DNA from: Candidatus Nezhaarchaeota archaeon
Lineage (GTDB): Archaea; Thermoproteota; Methanomethylicia; Nezhaarchaeales; WYZ-LMO8
NCBI GenBank assembly: GCA_025059375.1
Contig: JANXDO010000001.1
Location: forward strand, 224,097-288,096
DNA: 64,000 nucleotides
Direction of reading: 5' to 3'
Shown piece after piece: positions 9,814 to 19,790 of the stretch (positions are counted from its first letter, which is position 1; every line of letters starts with the position of its first letter). Position numbers and translations under genes: made by a program. The notes under the pieces are model-generated. The model saw nothing but the letters and a program-made list of their open reading frames with translations, ran no database searches and was not told where the DNA came from.

Positions 9814-10836
9814 GTGAACTCTTTGAGGTACGTCAAGCTATTTAAGGAGAAGTTCCCGGAGTTCTTTGAAGCCCTCAAGAAGTGGGGTGAAGTTCACGCT
9901 CCTGTCAAGCATGGTAAATTCTACTCGTTTAAGAGAGTGTCATCGCCAGGTGAGGTTGTCCTCGATTACAATAGGACCATGATCCCGCCTAAGAAGTTCT
10001 TCATAAAGCCCTTAGAGGCAATAATGAAGGTGAAAGTTGGTAGAGGCTACGAGCCTATAGCTGAAGAGCCGAAAAGACTAGTTCTCTTAGGCCTTCACGC
10101 GTGCGACATAAACGGCTTGAGGATACTCGACACAGTATTCATGGATGAGCCTAAAGACCCCTACTACGCAACTAGAAGGGAGAATGCTATAATAGTAGGA
10201 GTTTCATGTAAACCAGATGATCACTGCTTCTGCAAGTCCATGGGCGCTGATTATGCATGGGTAGGCTTTGACCTATTCCTCCACGATATAGAGCACTCCT
10301 ACATAATTAGAGTTGGCAGCTTAAAAGGGGAGGAAATAGTTGAAGGACTGGGTAACCTGATGGTTGAACCTTCACAAGAAGACTTTATCAAGTTTAGGGA
10401 CTTTGAGCTCAATAGGTCTAGGATGTTTAAGAGGGCTCTCGAATTATCACACCTACCGGAAATTGCTGATGCACTTTACAATAGCGATTTGTGGACAAAG
10501 TTTGCAGATAAATGCGTAGGCTGTACTTCTTGCAACTTGGTTTGCCCTACATGCAGGTGTTACGATGTAGCAGAGAATGTTGACTTAAGCCTCAAAGAGG
10601 GGGTAAGGACAAGGCGGTGGGACTCTTGCTTCATAAGAAGCCATGCACTTGTTGCTGGAGGACTCAACTTTAGACCAACTAGGCTTGACAGATTTAAGCA
10701 CAGGTACAACTGCAAGAGCTCAATGGAGCCAAGAACTGGGCTTTGCTTCTGTGTTGGCTGTGGAAGGTGTAGCGTATTCTGCCCAGCTGGGATAGATCAC
10801 GTTGAAGTCTTAAATACGCTCTGGGGGTTGACTTGA
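9814..10836 (+). CDS. hydB: Group 3b NiFe (sulf)hydrogenase beta subunit (Fe-S)
   Basis: CVGCTSCNLVCPTCRC and CVGCGRCSVFCP; first gene of a four-subunit operon. Confidence 0.85.
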   Translation: MNSLRYVKLFKEKFPEFFEALKKWGEVHAPVKHGKFYSFKRVSSPGEVVLDYNRTMIPPKKFFIKPLEAIMKVKVGRGYEPIAEEPKRLVLLGLHACDINGLRILDTVFMDEPKDPYYATRRENAIIVGVSCKPDDHCFCKSMGADYAWVGFDLFLHDIEHSYIIRVGSLKGEEIVEGLGNLMVEPSQEDFIKFRDFELNRSRMFKRALELSHLPEIADALYNSDLWTKFADKCVGCTSCNLVCPTCRCYDVAENVDLSLKEGVRTRRWDSCFIRSHALVAGGLNFRPTRLDRFKHRYNCKSSMEPRTGLCFCVGCGRCSVFCPAGIDHVEVLNTLWGLT

Positions 10837-11720
10837 TGGTCTGGGACCTGTGTGTACCCAAGTTGGCTAAGATAGTTGAAGTAATTGAATTGACCCCTAT
10901 AGAGAAGCTATTTAAACTCGAGTTTGTTAGCGAGGAAGATGCTAAAGTCTTTACGTTTAAGCCGGGTCAATTTATTGAAGTTAGCGTTTTTGGAGTAGGT
11001 GAGGTGCCCATATCTATATGCAAGTCACCAACGAGATCAGGACCATTAGAGCTGGCAATCAGGAGAGTCGGTAGAGTAACCAATGCCATTCATAAACTCA
11101 AGCCAGGCGATATTGTAGGGATTAGAGGACCACTAGGTAATGGATTTCCGGTCGAGAAGATGAGAGGCTTTGACGTGCTATTCGTGGCTGGAGGACTGGG
11201 CATGGCGCCCTTAAGATCAGTCCTCCAATACGTCATTGATAATCGAAGGGAGTATGGTGACATCATATTCTTATATGGTGTTAGAAGCTATAGGGAGGCA
11301 CTCTTCAGGGATATGGCCATAGATATGGTTGAGCACCCAGAGAAGTGGGGCCTCAAGATGTTCCTCTCCTATGAGAGGGAGGATGAGGTCTTTGAGGGTC
11401 TAAGACAAAAGTACCCTGAAAGGGTTAGGAAGGGGGTGGTGACTGTACTATTTGAATGTGCTGATCTATACATAAAGCCAGATAAGGTTTGTGCAGTGAT
11501 CGGTGGTCCTCCCATAATGTATAGGTTCGTATTGAAGGAGCTTGCTAAACGAAAAATACCACCTGAGAGGATCTATCTTACTCTCGAAAGGAGGATGAAG
11601 TGTGGTGTGGGCAAGTGTGGTCACTGTATAGTCGGTGGGGCAACAGCAATCAAGTATGTGTGCAAGGATGGTCCCGTCTTTACTTATTCTGATGCCCTAG
11701 CAGTTAGGGGGCTTGTGTAA
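10833..11720 (+). CDS. hydG: Sulfhydrogenase gamma subunit (FAD/NAD(P)-binding, 2Fe-2S)
   Basis: PGQF, GEVPISI, RGPLGNGF, AGGLGMAPLRS, ERRMKCGVGKCGHC...CKDGPVF. Confidence 0.9.
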   Translation: MMVWDLCVPKLAKIVEVIELTPIEKLFKLEFVSEEDAKVFTFKPGQFIEVSVFGVGEVPISICKSPTRSGPLELAIRRVGRVTNAIHKLKPGDIVGIRGPLGNGFPVEKMRGFDVLFVAGGLGMAPLRSVLQYVIDNRREYGDIIFLYGVRSYREALFRDMAIDMVEHPEKWGLKMFLSYEREDEVFEGLRQKYPERVRKGVVTVLFECADLYIKPDKVCAVIGGPPIMYRFVLKELAKRKIPPERIYLTLERRMKCGVGKCGHCIVGGATAIKYVCKDGPVFTYSDALAVRGLV

Positions 11721-12496
11721 TGGCTAGCGGTAAGGTGAAGGTTGGCTTTTACTCCTTAACGGGCTGTGCAGGGGATTTACTGAACATCCTAGGCATGGAG
11801 GATAAGTTGGTAGAAATCTTCGGGAACATCGACTTAATGGAGTTCGTGATGGCTAGTAGCAGGGTTAAGCCAGGCAAAGTCGACATAGCCTTCGTGGAAG
11901 GGTCCGTGACGACTAAGAAGGACCTCGAGACCATCAAGAGGATAAGGGAGAATTGTAGCAAGCTAGTGGCCATAGGTGATTGTGCAATATGGGGTGGCCT
12001 CCAAGCCTCACTGACGGGCTTAGACCCCAAGGAGCTCATGAAGGCAGTTTATAACACTGAGGAGAATTATTACGAATTTCTAGGAGAGCATAAAGCATTA
12101 TCTGAGATCGTTCAAGTTGACTACGAGCTTCCTGGTTGCCCAATAGAACAGGATGAGTTCCTGCAACTCCTCATAGATCTATTGAGAGACGTAATCCCCG
12201 AGTTTAAGGATTACCCCGTATGCGTTGAGTGCAAGATAAGAGAGATACCGTGCCTCATAGTTGAGAAGGGTGAAGCTTGTCTAGGGCCAATAACCGTCGG
12301 CGGATGCAAGGCTCGATGTCCATACTATGAAGCACCTTGCATATCCTGCAGGGGGCCTATAAAGGATGAGGCAAACGTAGCTGGAGAGTTGCTAATGTTG
12401 CTTGAGAAGGGGTGGAAGGAGCAGGATGTAGTTGACAAGTTAAGGCTCTTTGCGGCTAGGTATAAGGACATATCTAAGCTCATTAGGAGGGTGTGA
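11720..12496 (+). CDS. hydD: Sulfhydrogenase delta (small) subunit
   Basis: LTGCAGD, VEGSV, GDCA..GG, LPGCP, PVCVEC, CLGPIT.GGC.A.CP, C.SCRG. Confidence 0.9.
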   Translation: MASGKVKVGFYSLTGCAGDLLNILGMEDKLVEIFGNIDLMEFVMASSRVKPGKVDIAFVEGSVTTKKDLETIKRIRENCSKLVAIGDCAIWGGLQASLTGLDPKELMKAVYNTEENYYEFLGEHKALSEIVQVDYELPGCPIEQDEFLQLLIDLLRDVIPEFKDYPVCVECKIREIPCLIVEKGEACLGPITVGGCKARCPYYEAPCISCRGPIKDEANVAGELLMLLEKGWKEQDVVDKLRLFAARYKDISKLIRRV

Positions 12497-12497
12497 G

Positions 12498-13790
12498 ATG
12501 GCTAAGGAGATAGTTGTTGAACACTTAGCTAGAGTTGAGGGGCATGGCACGATAAGGGTCCTCGTGGAGGATAGGAAGGTTAAGGACGTTAAGTTTGAGA
12601 TATACGAGGGCCCTCGCTTCATAGAGAAGATTCTGGTGGGGAGAAGGTGCTACGAAGCGCCAGACATAGTCGCGAGGATATGCTCCATATGTCCTGAACC
12701 CCACCAGGTAGCTGCTGTCACAGCCATCGAGAAAGCCCTTGGGGTAACGATTAGCTGGCAAACTAAAATGTTGAGAGAACTTCAATTGCTAGCTGACGTT
12801 ATATCGAGCCACGCCCTTCACCTTTACCTACTATCATTACCTGACTACTTAGGCTACCCCGATGCTTTGAGCATGATAGACAAGTATGGGAGAGAAGTCA
12901 AGTTGGGGCTACAGTTAAAGAGGGCTGGAAACCTCTTAAAGGAAGTCATTAGCGGCAGACCAATACATGGATGCACGGTTAAGCCGGGGGGTTACACGAG
13001 GATACCACCAGCTGAGGAGTTAGAAAACCTCATTAAGCCACTCGAGGAGTCCATGGAGGGGGCCAAGTTAGCGGTAAAGCTTTTCAGCTCAATAGATTAC
13101 CCTGAGACCCCACGGCACGACAACATCTTCATGGCCATAGACCCTGGTGAACATTATGGCTTCATGGGAGACTACGTATTAACATCAACTGGTGAGAGAT
13201 ATCCTGTTGACAGGTACAAGGAATTGACTAATGAGGTAACAGTTCCACACTCATCAGCAAAACACTCGACATACAAGGGCTACCCCTTCATGGTTGGAGC
13301 CCTGCCAAGGATGATGTTGAACAAGAGTAAGTTAAAGGGCCAAGCACTGGACATGCTGAAAGATGTAGAATCAAAACTCGATGCAGCCAATCCATTGACG
13401 AATAACCTCGCTCAAGCCCTAGAGACGGTCTACGCCGTTGAAAGGTCAATTGAGATAATAAATGAGCTGCTAAGTAAGGGGTTAAAGCCTGAAGAGCCTA
13501 TTGTCGCAAAGTCAAGGAGGGGGAGTGGAGCAGGTGGCGTTGAAGCACCTCGTGGTACACTGTACCACTACTATGAGCTCGACGATGAAGGGAGGATAGT
13601 TAAAGCCGACATAGTCACACCTACAGCTCAAAACGTAGTCAACATGGAGAAGTACATCAGGTTATCAGCTGAAAGGCTCTTGGCTAAGGGCGAAGAGAAG
13701 CTTGAACCCCTCTTAGAGATGATTGTGAGGGCATACGACCCATGCATATCCTGCTCCGTTCATATGGTTAATGTAGTAAGACTAAGGTAA
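12498..13790 (+). CDS. hydA: NiFe hydrogenase group 3b large (alpha) subunit
   Basis: RVEGHG, L1 RICSICPEPH, EAPRG.L.H, L2 DPCISCSVH with a cleavable tail; ATG at 12498 follows GGAGG. Confidence 0.92.
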   Translation: MAKEIVVEHLARVEGHGTIRVLVEDRKVKDVKFEIYEGPRFIEKILVGRRCYEAPDIVARICSICPEPHQVAAVTAIEKALGVTISWQTKMLRELQLLADVISSHALHLYLLSLPDYLGYPDALSMIDKYGREVKLGLQLKRAGNLLKEVISGRPIHGCTVKPGGYTRIPPAEELENLIKPLEESMEGAKLAVKLFSSIDYPETPRHDNIFMAIDPGEHYGFMGDYVLTSTGERYPVDRYKELTNEVTVPHSSAKHSTYKGYPFMVGALPRMMLNKSKLKGQALDMLKDVESKLDAANPLTNNLAQALETVYAVERSIEIINELLSKGLKPEEPIVAKSRRGSGAGGVEAPRGTLYHYYELDDEGRIVKADIVTPTAQNVVNMEKYIRLSAERLLAKGEEKLEPLLEMIVRAYDPCISCSVHMVNVVRLR

Positions 13791-13818
13791 GAAAATATCT
13801 CCATTGCTAGTGACCGCG

Positions 13819-14256
13819 ATGAAGTACATCATAGCTTGCCTTGGAAATCCTCTAATGGGCGATGATGGTTTTGGACCAGCTGTTGCTCGTGAACTGATTA
13901 AACGAGGTCACAGAAATGTAGTCTTCAACTCAGATCCATTGAACTTACTTACGCAATTAGATGATGTGGACCTCGTAATAATAGTTGATGCAGTAAATCT
14001 AGGGGTTGAGCCGGGCTCCCTCTTTGTAGCTAAGTTAGACGATGTGAGGGAGATTGCGCCAAGATCGTCGCATAGTCTACCCGTAACCGAGATTCTTAAG
14101 ATAATGAGGAAGATCCTTAGGAAGCCCATGGAGGTCTACATAATCGGTGTTCAACCGGCTCGAATAGAGCCAGGTGAGGATCTAACTCCTCCAGTTCAAT
14201 GTGCAATAAAGGATGCTGTGTTAAAGATTGAAGAGTTGATAGTAGAGAAGAACTAA
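13819..14256 (+). CDS. Hydrogenase maturation protease (HycI/HybD family)
   Basis: GNPLMGDDGFG, IVDAV, SSHSLP, IGVQP; adjacent to large subunit. Confidence 0.9.
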   Translation: MKYIIACLGNPLMGDDGFGPAVARELIKRGHRNVVFNSDPLNLLTQLDDVDLVIIVDAVNLGVEPGSLFVAKLDDVREIAPRSSHSLPVTEILKIMRKILRKPMEVYIIGVQPARIEPGEDLTPPVQCAIKDAVLKIEELIVEKN

Positions 14257-14669
14257 TGCTTAAAATCGAAACCATAACTATCTCTAATAGGTTTACCCAA
14301 GGGTCGTTTATGAACGTTGGTGAAGCAGAGATATTGATTATTGGCAATGTAACCAATAAAGTTAAGAATCTCTTCACAGAGCACTTGAAAGCCTTAAGGT
14401 CCAAGGGCTTTGCCAAGGTCAACATCCACATCTTCACATCTGAACCACTTAAATACCTTGAAGAGCTTAGAGACCCCATACTCGAGAACATGATAATTTC
14501 GATAAGGCTATATGAGCATGACATCAATGAGCTTGGTGCTTGGATTAATCAATTGACTAGAGGGGATAGGACGGTGATTTTAATAATTGATGAAGAGGGT
14601 CTAAGGGAAGATGTGATGTCAGTTGTAAGTTACATCAAGAGGCTGGAGGAACTTGGTGGAGGGACCTGA
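14256..14669 (+). CDS. Hypothetical protein
   Basis: TAATG stop/start coupling to the upstream gene and overlap with the downstream gene. Confidence 0.6.
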   Translation: MLKIETITISNRFTQGSFMNVGEAEILIIGNVTNKVKNLFTEHLKALRSKGFAKVNIHIFTSEPLKYLEELRDPILENMIISIRLYEHDINELGAWINQLTRGDRTVILIIDEEGLREDVMSVVSYIKRLEELGGGT

Positions 14670-16182
14670 ATTGTTTGACGTCATATTGACCACTGATAGG
14701 ACCATGATGACAAATCATCACGGCAAGGAGTTCCTAGGCTTCATGGCGACAGGGCCGGCCATAGGCCTTCCTGAGCCCATTTGGATGTGGATTTGTGCGC
14801 CGAAAATGAGGACTGATGATCTTGGAAGAGTTTGGCAAGCACCATATGGAATAAGGAAGATAGAGTCCATCTTAATTGATGAGGGCTTCAAGGTCGCCAC
14901 TGTAGATCCTAGCCACTTAAGTAGGCACTTAAAGAGCGCTAAGGTGCTGCTCCTAAGCCATCACGATTACTTCGCCTTATGCCCTCCAAGCTCAGAGTGG
15001 TGGACAATAACAAAGAAGGAGCCAGTTAACGCTAGGAGCTTCAGGAGGTTAATGGAGATGCCAGCTCTAAGAGAAGCTAAGAAGCGCGGCCTCAAGATAA
15101 TAGCTGGTGGACCAGCTGCTTGGCAGTGGTTGTGGAAGATCGATAAGTGGATTGAATGGGGAGTGGACACGGTAGTTGATGGTGAGGGAGAGAAGATTAT
15201 AGTCAACTTAGTCTCACGAGCCCTGAATGGTGAGGAGCTTCCCCGCTACGTCTACGTTGGTATAAGTGAGGTCCCAAGCATAAAGGAGATACCAGTCATA
15301 AAGAATGCAAGCGTCAACGGCCTCATAGAGGTGACTAGAGGTTGCGTCAGAAACTGCAAATTCTGTTCAGTAACTTTAAGGCCCTTAAGGCATTACAGCC
15401 TTGAAATGATAGAGAAGGAGCTCAAGGTGAACGCATCTCAGGGGGTCACTAATGGGATCATCCACGCAGAGGACGTTCTACTCTACGGCTCTAGGGGGGT
15501 TGAACCAAATCCAGAGGCCTCAATAAGCCTCCACAAGCTCGTCAAGTCCTACTACAAGAAGATCTCTTGGAGCCACGCTAGCCTTTCATCAATTAAGAGA
15601 GCTGAAGAGAAGTACAAGCTAGTCTCAAGGATTAGAGAGATAGTATGCGATGAACATCAAGATTACTGGGGAGTTGAAGTTGGCATTGAGACGGGATCAG
15701 TGAACTTGGCAAAGAAGATAATGCCAGCTAAATCAGCACCATACCCAGCTGAGGTGTGGCCGAGCGTAGTTGAGGATGCCTTCGCCATAATGCACGATAA
15801 CAACATAATACCAGCGGCAACCCTCATCTTAGGGCTACCTGAGGAAACCGAGGACGATGTGGTTAAGACCATTGAATTGATTGATAGACTTAAGCCGTAT
15901 AGAAGCCTCATAGTTCCAATGTTCTTCGTCCCCATGGGGGCCTTCAAGACTCATGACTGGTTCACTAGGGTTAATGTGAGGGACGAGCACATAGAGTTGA
16001 TGAAGAGGTGCCTATACCACTCGCTTCACTGGGCTGGCGACATAGTGGATAAGTTCTACTTAAAGGGTCTTGCTCACGCTCCACTAAGATGGTTAATAAA
16101 GTTGTTCTTACGGTATGTTAAGTGGAAGGCTAAGAAGGTGGAGAAAAAGTTGGAGGCTAGGAGGGGTTTGAAGGACCAATAA
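14653..16182 (+). CDS. Radical SAM protein resembling the Grs/Gms tetraether-lipid-modifying family (B12-binding-like N-terminus)
   Basis: CVRNCKFC motif; N-terminal LTTDRTMM..., [25 protein letters not shown] patterns recalled from this family. Confidence 0.65.
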   Translation: MVEGPELFDVILTTDRTMMTNHHGKEFLGFMATGPAIGLPEPIWMWICAPKMRTDDLGRVWQAPYGIRKIESILIDEGFKVATVDPSHLSRHLKSAKVLLLSHHDYFALCPPSSEWWTITKKEPVNARSFRRLMEMPALREAKKRGLKIIAGGPAAWQWLWKIDKWIEWGVDTVVDGEGEKIIVNLVSRALNGEELPRYVYVGISEVPSIKEIPVIKNASVNGLIEVTRGCVRNCKFCSVTLRPLRHYSLEMIEKELKVNASQGVTNGIIHAEDVLLYGSRGVEPNPEASISLHKLVKSYYKKISWSHASLSSIKRAEEKYKLVSRIREIVCDEHQDYWGVEVGIETGSVNLAKKIMPAKSAPYPAEVWPSVVEDAFAIMHDNNIIPAATLILGLPEETEDDVVKTIELIDRLKPYRSLIVPMFFVPMGAFKTHDWFTRVNVRDEHIELMKRCLYHSLHWAGDIVDKFYLKGLAHAPLRWLIKLFLRYVKWKAKKVEKKLEARRGLKDQ

Positions 16183-16273
16183 GCCCCTTAACCACGCCGC
16201 CCAGCCCACCACGTGAAAAAGAGCGCCTTACTCATGGAGCTACGAGCCCTAGTCCTGCCGGGGCCTATAAATC

Positions 16274-17974
16274 CTACCTAGAGAATCTACGGATCACAAA
16301 TCCCAGCAGCGATAGTAGGAGCACAATAGCTAACGTTAGAGGCACACCGATCAGCCCTGTAAACGAGGTCTTGACCAGACTCAAGAAGAATAAAACCCCA
16401 CTATTCCAGTCTGGGAATGGGAATCTAACGAAGAGCCCGTACTCTGCGTGGAATATGAGGGGGTAAATTAATCCTAGGAGCGCAGCTAAAGCTACGATGC
16501 TAGAGCACATTACCAGAGACCTGATGAATCCTCTCCTCAATGTCGTTAACTCTACTATGCCTAGGGCTAAGCCTATGAGGAGCGACGTTGAGATTGAGCT
16601 GATCAAGATCTTAGATATGAAGTCCTCAAAGGAGTATATGTCAGATAAGCTAAACGGCCCCCCGTTAACCTTGTAGAGGGCCCAGAACAAGAGCTCATAT
16701 GCAGCTAAGCCTACTAAGATAGCTACTACGCTCTTAACCTTGATGTTCCTTATTCTGCCCCGTCCCAAGCCTAAGACTATGAGTGCTACGGATAACGCTA
16801 CTATAGTAGCCCCTACTGCAATGGATAGGGCTGAACGAAGCTCAATAGATGCCCTCTCTAAAGCTGCTGTTAGTCTTCTATAAACCTCCTTAACGTTACC
16901 CCTTAAGTCTAAGCTAATGCCTGTAGCCTCGCTAAGAGCCCTAACGACTCTCAAGCCTTGATCTTGTGAGGCTCTGGTGTAAGCATCAACTCTACTTAGT
17001 GGTATGTTCAGTCCATTAGAGATCGGGGCGCCTATGGAGATTGCGGGTATGCTCCAGCCCATTATCATTGATACCGTAGGCGCTATATCGTTATGGTCAA
17101 ATGGGATCCCATATATACCAGGCTTAGCTACCGGACCTATCAGTAAGAGGAATACTCTCTTAACCTCCGGTTCGGGTCCCCCATGATGCCCTCCCCTCTT
17201 AAACCCATGATCGCTCAATACCACCACGAGCGTGTCCTTGGTGAGGGGTTCCTTGCTAAGCTTCTCTATGAACTCTAGTGTTAATGCAACAGTGTTTATT
17301 ATCGTGAAGTTGTACTCTTTGCTATAAGCTCCAGCCTCGTGACCTATCATATCTACGTCAGCCACACCAATCCATGCGAACACCTTCTTACCTTGCTCCA
17401 CACGATTCTTGACCAAGTTATAGCCGGATGTAAGGGATATGGCTCCATGATTTGCCCCCTCCCCCACGCTGATATTCTCATCTATTAGGTCCCTGAAGAG
17501 GTTCTCAAAGGAGCTATCGCCAATGCACAGGATTGTGTAGTTGAATTGCTTAGCTACTCTAACTAAGCTATCAATACGAACTTTTCTGTTAAAGTAGTTT
17601 GATGAAACCTCATTAATCTCAGGTGGAGCCCCTGTAAGTATGGAGGCTCTTGCAGGGATGGAGTATGTAGGCATATTAGCAAGTCCATTAGGGTAAAAGG
17701 CTCCACTATTTACAAATTTACTTACAACCTCACTTCTATTCGCGAGATCTATAAGAACATCGACAGTAATACCGTCAAGTAGAATGAAAACCACATGCTT
17801 AGCTAGAGGCTCTCCATGTACTGTAACCCTTTCAACCTTAGTAATAATAGTTTCCAAGTACTTATTCTCATAGTCAACCCAGCTATCATAAACATCGAGA
17901 GCTATCGATAGAGCAGCGTAAGAAGCGAGTAGAACAAGAGCTACAATGGATATGTATGCAATGGTAACCTTCAA
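16274..17974 (-). CDS. Membrane-anchored alkaline-phosphatase-superfamily enzyme, GPI ethanolamine-phosphate transferase (PIG-N/O/G)-like architecture
   Basis: N-terminal TM; FILLDG, PTYSIP..ASILTG, DMIGH, SDHG..GGHHGG, DIAPT; multi-TM C-terminus. Confidence 0.7.
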   Translation of the reverse strand: MKVTIAYISIVALVLLASYAALSIALDVYDSWVDYENKYLETIITKVERVTVHGEPLAKHVVFILLDGITVDVLIDLANRSEVVSKFVNSGAFYPNGLANMPTYSIPARASILTGAPPEINEVSSNYFNRKVRIDSLVRVAKQFNYTILCIGDSSFENLFRDLIDENISVGEGANHGAISLTSGYNLVKNRVEQGKKVFAWIGVADVDMIGHEAGAYSKEYNFTIINTVALTLEFIEKLSKEPLTKDTLVVVLSDHGFKRGGHHGGPEPEVKRVFLLLIGPVAKPGIYGIPFDHNDIAPTVSMIMGWSIPAISIGAPISNGLNIPLSRVDAYTRASQDQGLRVVRALSEATGISLDLRGNVKEVYRRLTAALERASIELRSALSIAVGATIVALSVALIVLGLGRGRIRNIKVKSVVAILVGLAAYELLFWALYKVNGGPFSLSDIYSFEDFISKILISSISTSLLIGLALGIVELTTLRRGFIRSLVMCSSIVALAALLGLIYPLIFHAEYGLFVRFPFPDWNSGVLFFLSLVKTSFTGLIGVPLTLAIVLLLSLLGFVIRRFSR

Positions 17975-18224
17975 TTATCGTTCCACCGAACCATAATAAT
18001 GTAAAAAGGCTTAAATAGCTTTCCAATTGGGATGGCTAAAGACAAGCAATAAAGAGACCGCTAAAAGCCCTCTTTAATACTTGTAATTATTGAAATTGTT
18101 GGAATTGTGGAGGCTATTAAGGAGCTTGAGAATAGCTTAATGTAGTAAGCCCGCTAACCTCATAACTAAACCGTCCACTACACTATTATGTGCATCTTTC
18201 AGTGCAATCTTTAGGTGGCAAACT

Positions 18225-19763
18225 TTGCATAATGGCAATTACTACTTAATTGTAGATGCCGGGACTACGGCAATAAAGGCGTTTGCTTACAATGATCACG
18301 ATGAGATCATAAAGTACGTGCAGTATAACGTCCCAACGCGCTTTCCTCAACCTGGATGGGTTGAGCAAGATCCCGTAAAGTACTGGGAGATAGTTCAGGA
18401 CGGTATAGCGACTTTGTGCAATGATCTTGGAAAGCCACTAGCCATCGGCATAGCTAGCCAGAGAGCCACCACAATAGTTTGGGACAAAGTTTCTAAAGAG
18501 CCACTTTACAACATGATTACATGGCAGGATGCTCGGTGCACTGACTTAGCAGAACAACTTTCTCGCGAGCCCATCATTAGGATGGGGAGAGTGCTTGGGC
18601 GACTAACTGAGAAGATCACTAAGTTCTTACCTATTCTTGAGAGGCACGACATAATCAAGTACCTGATATCAATAGCTAACGCTGGCCTCAAAAGTAACCA
18701 GCCAGCCCTACACTTACGCTGGCTCATTGATAATGTACCTGATATCTCTCGAGCAATTGCCAACAAAGAAACCGTCTTCGGGACTCTTGACTCATGGCTT
18801 CTTTGGAACTTAATTCATAAACACGTAACAGACTACACCAACGCAAGTGCCACTGGCCTATTTGATCCATTCCGCTTAAGATGGAGTGAGATGGTGCTAA
18901 AAGTACTGGGCCTTCCAAGACACATCGTACCTACACTAATTGACAACTCAGGAATCCTCGGAACAGCTGATGTTGCGATGGGGGCGCCCGTGACCGCAGT
19001 CATAGCTGATCAACAGTCGTCGTTATTCTCGGTTGGTGGAGCGAAGGCTGGAACAGCTAAGATGACTAGCGGCACTGGTACATTCATTGACGTGAACGTC
19101 GGTGAAGATCCTCGACCAGCTGTTATGGGGGTCTATCCTATGGTGGCCATAAAGGTTGGAGGTACGGTTAGGTACCTTGTAGAGGGGATAGTCCCTGCAA
19201 CTGGCTCGGTAATAGACTGGTTACTGGAAGTGGGTCTAATAGAGGATGTGGAAGTAGCAGGAAAGGTTGCAGAAGGTACTGAGACGTCATTTGGAGTAAC
19301 CTTCATCCCGTCATTGGCTGGCTTGGGAACGCCATATTGGGTTCAAGATGCTCTTGGATGTATCTTTGGGTTATCGAGAGGGGTACGAAGAGAGCACCTA
19401 ATTAAGGCCACATTTGAAGGGCTGGCCTTCATGTTGGCAGAGACTTTAAAAGCCGTTGAGAAGGTCGCGAAAACCCCAATCAGCCACGTCATGGCTGATG
19501 GAAATGCGTCTAAACATGATGCACTTTTACAATTGACTTCCGACTTTAGTGGAAAAGTTGTGGTGAGAGTAAGGAATCTTGAGGGCTCTTCACGAGGTGC
19601 TTTCTTATTGGCAAGGAGTTCTATAAAGGGTCTAAGTGTCGAGAGTTGCTGGATTCAGCCAGAGGTAGAGAGAGTCTTTAAGCCGAGAGAAGGTAAGCGT
19701 GTTAACCTTGATAGGCTTCAAAGAGCTCTAAGCACCTGCATAGAGATTTCAAAAAGTAGATAG
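18225..19763 (+). CDS. FGGY-family glycerol-kinase-like protein (GK5-like subfamily)
   Basis: DAGTT, PGWVEQDP, QRAT, WQD.R, FGTLDSWL, NASATGLFDP, ADQQS, GTGTFIDVN. Confidence 0.85.
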   Translation: MHNGNYYLIVDAGTTAIKAFAYNDHDEIIKYVQYNVPTRFPQPGWVEQDPVKYWEIVQDGIATLCNDLGKPLAIGIASQRATTIVWDKVSKEPLYNMITWQDARCTDLAEQLSREPIIRMGRVLGRLTEKITKFLPILERHDIIKYLISIANAGLKSNQPALHLRWLIDNVPDISRAIANKETVFGTLDSWLLWNLIHKHVTDYTNASATGLFDPFRLRWSEMVLKVLGLPRHIVPTLIDNSGILGTADVAMGAPVTAVIADQQSSLFSVGGAKAGTAKMTSGTGTFIDVNVGEDPRPAVMGVYPMVAIKVGGTVRYLVEGIVPATGSVIDWLLEVGLIEDVEVAGKVAEGTETSFGVTFIPSLAGLGTPYWVQDALGCIFGLSRGVRREHLIKATFEGLAFMLAETLKAVEKVAKTPISHVMADGNASKHDALLQLTSDFSGKVVVRVRNLEGSSRGAFLLARSSIKGLSVESCWIQPEVERVFKPREGKRVNLDRLQRALSTCIEISKSR

Positions 19764-19790
19764 CACTATAGTGAAACTAAATAGTGCATC

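Noticed and set aside
9814-13790. Selenocysteine recoding in the hydrogenase
   Set aside because: No in-frame TGA; the L2 motif is DPCISC with ordinary Cys codons
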